Virus record (IMG/VR): IMGVR_UViG_3300033489_000001
Span: 1 to 62,022 of that record
Direction: 5' to 3' (one strand)
DNA from: a virus
Taxonomy: Duplodnaviria > Heunggongvirae > Uroviricota > Caudoviricetes
Length of the DNA: 62,022 nucleotides
Shown: positions 54,651 through 62,022 of the stretch, in pieces
Layout: each line of letters starts with the position of its first letter
How positions within the stretch are numbered: position 1 is the first letter of the stretch
Notes under the pieces: generated by a model
What the model was told of the DNA's origin: nothing
Seen by the model: the letters and a program-made list of their open reading frames with translations, nothing else
Databases searched by the model: none
Made by a program: the position numbers and the translations under genes

Positions 54651-57389
54651 TCATTTCCGCAATAAAGGATCCAACCTTTTTTTCAAGAATTGTTCAAAAA
54701 TTCTGCACCATTCTTCGGGAGGCATCTCCTTAATCTCTTTAATCTCGGACTTAGATTTGGCACGTTGTAAAGACTCCTCTTTTGGTTTTGCCATTCTTGG
54801 CAAGGGGGTATTCACAACCAAAAGATCGGTTTCCGAAGGTTCCGTTTGATCCGCAAGATCATTAGAAGTAACTGGTTCTGGACTGCTTACTTTTGATTCT
54901 TTTAAAGTTACTACTTGAAGAACGGCGGGCTTAGCCACCTGTTGTGCTTGCCCATCTACCATAATCGGTTTAGCTGCTTGTTGTGCTTGTTCCACGCTTG
55001 CAAAGACCACGGGAGGGGTTGGGTTATCTAAAGGTAGATTACCGGGAGTTTGGGAGAAAACGACCACATCTCTAACTAGACTTATTTTGGTTGTGTATTT
55101 AGAACCCAAAAACCAATAAGCAAACTTCACAACGTTGGCCTGATATTTAGCATAAATTTGCTCAGCCAACCCTCTATCAACTAACGAAAAATTCGCATGT
55201 ATTTTATTAACCACGCGATATGTATTCATCGCCGCTTCGGCTATACCCGCAGACACTTCCTCAGGAGCAACCTGTTCACACGCTTGGTCTATCAACTCGA
55301 TAGCTTGCGTTGGATTACCTAAACTCAACAAAATCTTGTAATATAATGTAATTACAGATAAATGGAGGTACTCCCGCACGTTACTCGCAGTTATGGGACC
55401 TAATTGAGAAATCATCTCCAGTTTATTTATTACGTCCCGAATATGCCCTCCTGAATGATCGATAACTGCATAGATGGCATCATCTTCATATTGAACTTTT
55501 TCAGTTTCCAAAATTATACGCATCCGTTTAAGGATCTCTTCCCTAGTAACCTTACGGATTGTGTATTCCTCACAGCGTGAACGAATGGCACCACGAATCT
55601 TTTCGGCCTCAGTGGTGCAAAACATCCCAATCATTTTTTTATCTTCGAGCGGCTTAAGCAATACATCTTGAGCCGCTATGCTCATACGATGAGCTTCATC
55701 AAAAAGGTAGATACGCTTAGGAGCATTGATCAAGACATAAGGCAACTCTTCGATGATCGCTCTAGCGTGATCAATTGTTCCCTGGCTGGCAGCATCCCGC
55801 TCTACGAACGGACCCGGTTGTCCCTCTAAAATAGTTGTGCAGTTATCACATTTATTGCAAGGCTCAGGATTAGTCTTGTCAAGATCTTGACAAAGCATTG
55901 CCCTGGCAAGAATACGCGCAATAGTCGTATTATGATTCATAAACCCGTTAGCTGCAAACATCTCTCCTTCAGGCACATTAAGATCAAACACTTCACATTT
56001 TCCCGACGTGATGCTTTCTATAGAATCAAAAAAATACCCACTATCTAACAACGACTTGAAATGCCCCTGAGGATCATACTCAGAAAATTCATAAACAATT
56101 TTCTGAACATGGGACATAGTGCAAATACCTGTTTGCGATGCGTTTGCAAAAAATACCCTAGCACCTTTACGCGCTAACTCCTCAGGGAAATTATTGTAAA
56201 ACGACTTAATCCAGGTACTTTGGTGAGGCACTACCTCTCGAATATTAGTAGTTACTCCTTTGCCTTTTGCATGACGCTGCTTGATTAAATCTACTAACTG
56301 CTGCCTCTTTCGTCTGGAGATAAAACCTATCTCTTTTTGAAATACCTCACGAAAAGGACCAGGAATACGAATACGCCAATAAATCCCATACTTCTTGTGT
56401 CGTTTGGAAAACCTACGTGAAACAACTCCAAAAGACAGCAATAAAAGTTGTAACTGACGACCCAATACTTCCGACTTTGTCAAAGCTTCTATTGCATAAC
56501 CTGACACAGAACCATCACATTCAAAATAAGCTCGCAAAAATTCACGTATCACCTCTTTCGGAGATACCATCACAGACCAAGGAACAACCTTACCTCCCGC
56601 TGTAGCGTACCCCAACCCAATTTGTTCTAAGAAATAACGTGCTTTAATTCCAGATAACCGCAAAGATTCTAAAGACTTTCTGCGCTTATCTGGAGTTCTA
56701 CCTACGTGTCCAATTAAACTACAACCTAATCTAACAATGTCCTCCTTAACATCTTTCTCTGCACAAGCAATACTTATATAGGTACGACTCGTGGCACTCC
56801 CATCTCCAATAATATAACCTATAAGACGACCCCACTCCGGAGTCAAAACACTGGGGACTTCGAAAGATTTAGAATTAGTAGCGTGTGGGAGAGGAACGTA
56901 GCTCTTTAGAAGGGATAAATCCGCACCCTCCCCAAAGACTCCACCACGAATGATACAGGCTATGTCCCCTTCTTTCAAATCCCCTAGACACCTCCACTCA
57001 ATACAACCAGATTCCCCTAAAACCCGAATTCGATGATTCAGAGTGCCCTCTAACTCTAACCCTAAATGAGTTTTGATATGGACAGTCTCTTGAACTCCGC
57101 CTCGATATGAATAAGCAGTTGTGCTCTCCAAATTATTTTCTTGGAGAACTTTAACCGCCAAGGGGTCAATTTTACGAGACCCCATTAAATCCAAAATCTG
57201 GACTGTACCCTTTGAAGAAGGGATAAGAGTGTCTCCGCTAATACATTTGCCCCGTCCGAAGGCTCCGGCAAAAATGTAACTAGTATCAAAGGCCGTCCCA
57301 TTCTTTAGCCGGGACTTAAGAAGTTGGACGTTTCCTTCTTGACCTAAGACATCAGAGAATTTTATAGGTCTATGGCGAATATCCCACAC
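54651..57389 (-). CDS. dnaX: DNA polymerase III gamma/tau-like clamp loader containing an intein
   Basis: RHRPIKFSDVLGQ; GxxGRGK/TT; zinc motif C...PCNKCDNC; DEAH; IRSRC. Confidence 0.9.
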   Translation of the reverse strand: MWDIRHRPIKFSDVLGQEGNVQLLKSRLKNGTAFDTSYIFAGAFGRGKCISGDTLIPSSKGTVQILDLMGSRKIDPLAVKVLQENNLESTTAYSYRGGVQETVHIKTHLGLELEGTLNHRIRVLGESGCIEWRCLGDLKEGDIACIIRGGVFGEGADLSLLKSYVPLPHATNSKSFEVPSVLTPEWGRLIGYIIGDGSATSRTYISIACAEKDVKEDIVRLGCSLIGHVGRTPDKRRKSLESLRLSGIKARYFLEQIGLGYATAGGKVVPWSVMVSPKEVIREFLRAYFECDGSVSGYAIEALTKSEVLGRQLQLLLLSFGVVSRRFSKRHKKYGIYWRIRIPGPFREVFQKEIGFISRRKRQQLVDLIKQRHAKGKGVTTNIREVVPHQSTWIKSFYNNFPEELARKGARVFFANASQTGICTMSHVQKIVYEFSEYDPQGHFKSLLDSGYFFDSIESITSGKCEVFDLNVPEGEMFAANGFMNHNTTIARILARAMLCQDLDKTNPEPCNKCDNCTTILEGQPGPFVERDAASQGTIDHARAIIEELPYVLINAPKRIYLFDEAHRMSIAAQDVLLKPLEDKKMIGMFCTTEAEKIRGAIRSRCEEYTIRKVTREEILKRMRIILETEKVQYEDDAIYAVIDHSGGHIRDVINKLEMISQLGPITASNVREYLHLSVITLYYKILLSLGNPTQAIELIDQACEQVAPEEVSAGIAEAAMNTYRVVNKIHANFSLVDRGLAEQIYAKYQANVVKFAYWFLGSKYTTKISLVRDVVVFSQTPGNLPLDNPTPPVVFASVEQAQQAAKPIMVDGQAQQVAKPAVLQVVTLKESKVSSPEPVTSNDLADQTEPSETDLLVVNTPLPRMAKPKEESLQRAKSKSEIKEIKEMPPEEWCRIFEQFLKKRLDPLLRK
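55929..57245 (-). mobile_element. Intein (~439 aa) with LAGLIDADG endonuclease, inserted in the DnaX Walker A (GK/T)
   Basis: Starts CISGDT; contains GTLNH, IGYIIGDG and LRAYFECDG; ends NHN followed by extein Thr. Confidence 0.92.
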
Positions 57390-57410
57390 AATTTATTGTT
57401 TCTAGTGGGA

Positions 57411-57893
57411 TTAAGGAGTAGTCGATTGCGTTACTTCTTCAGCCACTTCCTGAACTCGAGCTTCGACGTTCAAGCGCTGAGCCACCTCAACCATACCTTG
57501 TAACGCTTCGGTCCAAGCGCCGTGACGGTGAAGGATGCTAGTGAACTCTTGTACGTCAGGCGTACGCATTGACCACTTCATATCCCCTGTCTCTTCATCC
57601 TCAACGCCAGTGCAACTTTCCAGAAGGTGATCAACAAGGGCTGCACGTTGGGGCTCTGAAGCATCATTCCAACAATCCGCCGCAACCTCGATAATAAAAT
57701 CCTTCTCCAGCAAAAATTCCCAAGCGCCACTTACTCGCTTGGCCTTTCCTAAAATAGGGCGTCCATTTTTTTGTCCGGCTTTATCCACAAAAATATATTG
57801 CATCCTAGCCGTAGCCAGCTCTGAGTGGTACGTTGGCAGAATACTAGCAGCAATTTCTTCTACCCTTTCAGCGTTTCCGTATAATCTTGGCAT
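57411..57893 (-). CDS. Putative phage metallopeptidase-like protein with a degenerate HExxH
   Basis: DFIIEV...W...QRAALVDHLLESC...PDVQEF..I..RHG. Confidence 0.6.
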   Translation of the reverse strand: MPRLYGNAERVEEIAASILPTYHSELATARMQYIFVDKAGQKNGRPILGKAKRVSGAWEFLLEKDFIIEVAADCWNDASEPQRAALVDHLLESCTGVEDEETGDMKWSMRTPDVQEFTSILHRHGAWTEALQGMVEVAQRLNVEARVQEVAEEVTQSTTP

Positions 57894-57929
57894 TTTTAGT
57901 AGCTCCTTGTTGCAGAAGGTTTCTTCCCT

Positions 57930-58643
57930 CTACACCTTTTTAATTAAAAATGAATCGGATTGTGCCATTGCCGAGCGAATAAAAGGAACCACCTGAGCAT
58001 CCCCCCATGCTTCCCACAATTCACCGGGGTCCTTCATTTGCTTTCCATTCACCCTAGGATAGGAAATTATGGTCACCTCAAAATCTTTTTCATACCTTGC
58101 TTTAAAAGTCTTACATCCGCTCCGGCCGGTTGAATCCATATCATACCCAAGCCAAACCCGCTGAACCAAGCGCCGAAGAAGCGCCACTGTTTGCGGGGTT
58201 GTGTAAGCCGTAATAGTAGCAACCACGAAAGAAAGGGCTCGCTGAACCGGGAACAAGTCAAAAGCTCCCTCTACCAAATAAACCGACTGGGAGACCCACA
58301 TAGATTCAATCGCCTGGCTTAGACCAAACAAACAAGGTTCACGACGATCCAAAAAATAATCCATATACCCAATACGTTCTCTGACCACGTGCCTAAACTG
58401 AAATCCCCGGACCTCCCCGAGGGTGGTTGTTAATGGAAAAACAAAGACATCATCTAACTTTTTTCCGTTCTGAGACCAATCCAAGAAATGTTTAGGTACC
58501 CCTTCTGGAAGTTCTTTATTTAAATGGCCAAGCTTAAACAAATCTATCTGATCGTCAGACACGCCACGAGACAACAACGCATCTCGTTCACGATTTGTGA
58601 GACGCGAAGCTGAAAACTCGATCAAATCTTGAACCCACGTCAC
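57930..58643 (-). CDS. DnaG-like primase catalytic/TOPRIM domain, lacking the zinc finger
   Basis: LSRGVS...FKLG; FPL...GFQFR; LVEGAFD; YDMDSTG; KDPGE. Confidence 0.8.
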   Translation of the reverse strand: MTWVQDLIEFSASRLTNRERDALLSRGVSDDQIDLFKLGHLNKELPEGVPKHFLDWSQNGKKLDDVFVFPLTTTLGEVRGFQFRHVVRERIGYMDYFLDRREPCLFGLSQAIESMWVSQSVYLVEGAFDLFPVQRALSFVVATITAYTTPQTVALLRRLVQRVWLGYDMDSTGRSGCKTFKARYEKDFEVTIISYPRVNGKQMKDPGELWEAWGDAQVVPFIRSAMAQSDSFLIKKV

Positions 58644-59179
58644 AGGCAGACCAATATAAAGGCCGCATTTACTTGTTGAGCCGAGATCCCCACATACTCT
58701 CCCGTTCGAGTGTAGTATCCGGCAACTTGAGGTTGAGCCACAAGCAAAGCTTTTCCAGGTAGATCTAACGAGAATATGCGCAACTCTTTAAACTTTTCCT
58801 CAATTTTAAAATCAAAAGGTACCACTAAAGACTTAGGAACTAATCCATTTTGAGTCATTTTTTCAATGGCTTCGGGTATAGAACCAGTAGTATTACTCCA
58901 ATCATACCTTACTCCTTCACGATTAAGTACCCGAAAAAATTCTTTCAATAAATCTAACTCCTGATCAATAGGGCATTCTGAAAAACCATAACGAACGTAA
59001 CCACCGCTTGCTACCCGAGTTCTTACAAAGGTTCCTCGCATGTTAGTCACTAACAGAGGTTCTACATTAGCCTCATCAATAACTTCCATTTCCCCTAATG
59101 CCGGAACTGAAAAACCCACCGCCCCCGCACGGGGACGGTGCCTCTCCACAACAAACAATTGAGACAAGACGGACAACAT
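58640..59179 (-). CDS. Hypothetical protein
   Basis: Translationally coupled to the primase gene. Confidence 0.55.
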   Translation of the reverse strand: MLSVLSQLFVVERHRPRAGAVGFSVPALGEMEVIDEANVEPLLVTNMRGTFVRTRVASGGYVRYGFSECPIDQELDLLKEFFRVLNREGVRYDWSNTTGSIPEAIEKMTQNGLVPKSLVVPFDFKIEEKFKELRIFSLDLPGKALLVAQPQVAGYYTRTGEYVGISAQQVNAAFILVCL

Positions 59180-59269
59180 TTGAATTTAATCAACCGTAGA
59201 AAGTATTGTAGCTGTAATAATAAAAATAATTATAGTTGGCACATAAGCTATCAGTACAAACAGCATTTT

Positions 59270-59803
59270 TCAATCTTTAGGTCTCGGAATAGGGATCGGA
59301 CGGGGCCGCGTAAGACCTCCTGTAAGCACGTCCGGACGAATTTGAATAAATCGGAGCCATAAAGCTTTCCACCACGGAAGTACAGGCATCGTTTCAGATC
59401 CTAATGCCCAAAGAAGTCCATAAACCTCAGGCAAGTACTCCTTTACCCAATCAAGGTCTTTAATCTGGGCATAGAATTTTTTGCTGATGGATTCAGACGT
59501 ACTAACTAATACAAAAGAAGAGCAACGTTGAGCGTCAATAGTATCCTCACAAATAGTGCCATCCCATTGTTCAGGGTTTTCAGAACCCAACAAGCATAAT
59601 CCTATAGTAGGAGCATTGGGATCATCTAGCCGATTGTATTTTTCATTGGGTTCCCCTTCAACTTCTTTCCTGGTATCCAATCCTTGCTGATGGTTGTACT
59701 TACAATTGCGAGGTAGCTGAGCACATGCTTCAGTAATTTGCTTATCCACTTCTTGCGTAAGCAAATATCGAATTCGATTCTGAACTTCATCTTCAGCTTT
59801 CAT
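59270..59803 (-). CDS. Hypothetical Cys-containing protein
   Basis: Co-oriented ORF with five Cys residues. Confidence 0.55.
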   Translation of the reverse strand: MKAEDEVQNRIRYLLTQEVDKQITEACAQLPRNCKYNHQQGLDTRKEVEGEPNEKYNRLDDPNAPTIGLCLLGSENPEQWDGTICEDTIDAQRCSSFVLVSTSESISKKFYAQIKDLDWVKEYLPEVYGLLWALGSETMPVLPWWKALWLRFIQIRPDVLTGGLTRPRPIPIPRPKD

Positions 59804-60478
59804 TCAGCTATTCTCCCGCTGCAACCGGAAGCAACGCATTCCATCATCAGTTAAAACCTCAGATCCTCTATACCCGATCATAGCGTGATCAAGAAAAGAA
59901 TCCTTTTGGGTTACAAGCAAGATAGTTATTCCGGTTTTTAAAGCCAGTTGTCTTAAAAAGACTCCTGTTTGATCTATATACTCATCAGAATTCACAGCGC
60001 CTAATGTTTCGTCAAGTACTAACAAGGGCCATTTTTTCAACCGACGTAATGCTAACATCCGCAAAATCAATGAAGCAATGCTTGCAGGACCTCCTCCGAA
60101 CGACTCTAAAGGATGCCCTTTTATTTTCATCCACTGCGTATCTTGACGGATATAAAAATCAATAGCCATCTTATTATATCGTTGGGACACCTCTGCTTCA
60201 AAAGACAAATCCTGATCGACAAAAATAGTGTGTAAGCCCTCTGTGATCACACTCTCAATTGACCGAATATGGCCCATCACGAGCTGATCCATAAGGGCTC
60301 GGAATAACTCTCCTACCTTAGATAAAATGTCCAATTTACAGGTGAGATCAAATATCTCCTGCTCGCGCAAAGCTAACTCATGTTGAAGTTGACCACGCAA
60401 AGCTTGAAGGCCGGAACAGGTTTCCCTGAGGGTTCTAACTCTTAATCTAGTCCGGGAGCGAAACGGGTCACTCGGCAT
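59804..60478 (-). CDS. Rad50/SbcC/SMC-like ABC ATPase, C-terminal half only (start probably MPSDPF)
   Basis: Coiled coil followed by ESFGGG, LLVLDE and ILLVTQ; no Walker A. Confidence 0.7.
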   Translation of the reverse strand: MPSDPFRSRTRLRVRTLRETCSGLQALRGQLQHELALREQEIFDLTCKLDILSKVGELFRALMDQLVMGHIRSIESVITEGLHTIFVDQDLSFEAEVSQRYNKMAIDFYIRQDTQWMKIKGHPLESFGGGPASIASLILRMLALRRLKKWPLLVLDETLGAVNSDEYIDQTGVFLRQLALKTGITILLVTQKDSFLDHAMIGYRGSEVLTDDGMRCFRLQRENS

Positions 60479-61731
60479 ACATGCATTCCTTCTGGTACAT
60501 CTTGTACACCTTCTATACCCGATGCTGCACCACACACCACACCCTCCTCAGACACACGAAACTCATCAATCGTTCGAAACATGACTAGTGCTTTTGTCCG
60601 CTGACCACCCGCTGGCAAGATCATGATTCTGAATTCAACCCATGACCCCTCTGCTCCCCCAAATATATGGAGCATGTGTTCAACGTTAACGTTCGTAATC
60701 AACTCCTCCATAATTTTAATTTCTGTAAATTTATTTTCCTTATCTTCTTCAAGGGGAACCGTCAAACTATTAATAGTGGTTCCCTCATCCACGCTAGAAA
60801 ACCAGAATTCCTTCTTTGAAGGATCAAAATGAAACCGAATCTTCTTCTTATCTTTATGCAACCCTTCTCGCATATACTGTAATTGCAGAGACATGGCCTT
60901 CCAACCTACTCGAACAACAATTTGATCATTCTTACTATAATAAGAAAACTTTTGGTAGGTTTCTGAGTGATGAGGCCATCCCACCACATCATTATTCTCG
61001 TTTATGACGTATGTACACTTATCCGTTTTATACACGCGCAAAGATCCTGATGATTGGGCTAGAAACGCTTCAAGCAAAGGTAAATGCTGCCATGGAGCGG
61101 TCAAACCTTTTCCAACAAAAGCATCACTATGGAAATAGCACGCTTCAACTCCATTAGAAGCAAAAAGATAGCCACTGGCTTTTTTGGCTAATTCTGGATC
61201 CTTTTCGTCCCCAAAAACCTGGACCGTCTTATAGAACTCGTGTGCAACAGGTTCCTTTTCTTTTGCAGCAAAAGATTTAGCCATGCCCAGAGCTAATTGT
61301 AAAATCTTAATACTAAATACCTTGGGTTGCTGAGAATCTATTGCAGCTCGAATGTCCTTCTCAAACGAATTCATTGATCGTGGATCAAAAGACGGGCGGT
61401 CAACTACTCCAACCGTCCCATGGGTATGTCTAACCTTGAAAACTTTCCCTTCCTCCGTAGCCACAAACGCAATTGGCCCGGAAATGCAACTGAGTGTACC
61501 GATATAGTCAGAAGGGTACATAAAAAACCCGGCTCCTTCTACATCGGAGATGGAGAAACTAGAACGAGCTTCGTGTCCCCCATTCTTAGAATAGATATGA
61601 CATCTGTCCCCACCCACTACGAACAAGTAGCCTCGCTCTTGTTCCGCCAAAACCTGAGGACTGACAATAGAAGCCATTTTAAGGGCTTTGTTTAATTGAT
61701 CTGCATCGACTGTAAATTTGATCTCCGTCAT
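60442..61731 (-). CDS. DNA polymerase III beta/sliding-clamp-like protein (start probably MTEIKF)
   Basis: IKFTVDADQLNKAL N-terminus; LFASNG; size; neighbouring dnaX and primase. Confidence 0.55.
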   Translation of the reverse strand: MTEIKFTVDADQLNKALKMASIVSPQVLAEQERGYLFVVGGDRCHIYSKNGGHEARSSFSISDVEGAGFFMYPSDYIGTLSCISGPIAFVATEEGKVFKVRHTHGTVGVVDRPSFDPRSMNSFEKDIRAAIDSQQPKVFSIKILQLALGMAKSFAAKEKEPVAHEFYKTVQVFGDEKDPELAKKASGYLFASNGVEACYFHSDAFVGKGLTAPWQHLPLLEAFLAQSSGSLRVYKTDKCTYVINENNDVVGWPHHSETYQKFSYYSKNDQIVVRVGWKAMSLQLQYMREGLHKDKKKIRFHFDPSKKEFWFSSVDEGTTINSLTVPLEEDKENKFTEIKIMEELITNVNVEHMLHIFGGAEGSWVEFRIMILPAGGQRTKALVMFRTIDEFRVSEEGVVCGAASGIEGVQDVPEGMHVCRVTRFAPGLD

Positions 61732-61744
61732 AACCCAACCTTCC

Positions 61745-62014
61745 TTATTTTTGCTGAAACATCGAAAGAGCTTGTTCAACTTCAGTTAGCTCTTTATCCA
61801 ATTTTACTACCATTTCTTCTAACTCTTTTCTAGCCTTGTCCCGTTCTTTAGCAATATTCTTAGGATCAAATCCTGCGGCTCGTATTTCTTGGACAATAGT
61901 AGCCAACTCCTCTTTCTTAGCCTGCAATTGACCAGCTAAACCAGCCTTTTTTTGAATAACCGCATTATGCCTTCGTTGTAGTTCATCAATCTTTTTCTTA
62001 ATGTCATCGGACAT
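61745..62014 (-). CDS. Small coiled-coil protein
   Basis: Heptad pattern throughout. Confidence 0.6.
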   Translation of the reverse strand: MSDDIKKKIDELQRRHNAVIQKKAGLAGQLQAKKEELATIVQEIRAAGFDPKNIAKERDKARKELEEMVVKLDKELTEVEQALSMFQQK

Positions 62015-62022
62015 CGATTTAT

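Noticed and set aside
20707-57936. GTGTA motif upstream of ung, 48952, 54630 and 57893 as a middle promoter
   Set aside because: Too short, with variable spacing and only four instances; it cannot be distinguished from chance by eye.
154-61695. The many short plus-strand and nested minus-strand ORFs in the track
   Set aside because: They overlap longer, motif-bearing minus-strand genes and have no recognisable features; only 48952..49386 is accepted on the plus strand.
1-62022. Stop-codon reassignment, as seen in some large phages
   Set aside because: Genes are full length and densely packed under the standard code, and TAA, TAG and TGA all terminate genes.

Overview
This window is a segment of a large tailed-phage (Caudoviricetes, probably jumbo-type) genome. 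Almost all real genes are on the minus strand. Read in the direction of transcription (right to left), it has three blocks. (1) Replication/transcription, about 62.0-50.6 kb: DnaN-like clamp, Rad50/SbcC C-terminal half, TOPRIM primase, intein-containing DnaX, a NusG/5'-3' exonuclease fusion, TnpB and a tandem sigma-region-4 protein. (2) Head morphogenesis, about 48.8-25.9 kb: terminase, intein-containing portal, prohead protease, Gln-rich scaffold, decoration proteins and an HK97-type major capsid protein. (3) Further virion, neck and fibre genes, UNG, a lysozyme-like protein and a cluster of small modular proteins. Selfish elements are abundant: two inteins, LAGLIDADG, HNH and EndoVII endonucleases, and two transposase-less TnpBs. 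The most notable candidate system is a repeated peptide tag, MNPR(K/T)AFEQAL, often followed by K-x-A/G. It heads and punctuates several unrelated cargo modules, one of which closely resembles an encapsulin-type ferritin. This suggests a capsid-targeting and protease-release system linking a phage head to encapsulin-like cargo. Also notable are the NusG-exonuclease fusion, a LAGLIDADG-methyltransferase fusion and an apparently end-less TnpB that may act as an RNA-guided homing endonuclease. All functional calls come from motif recognition by eye; no searches were run.
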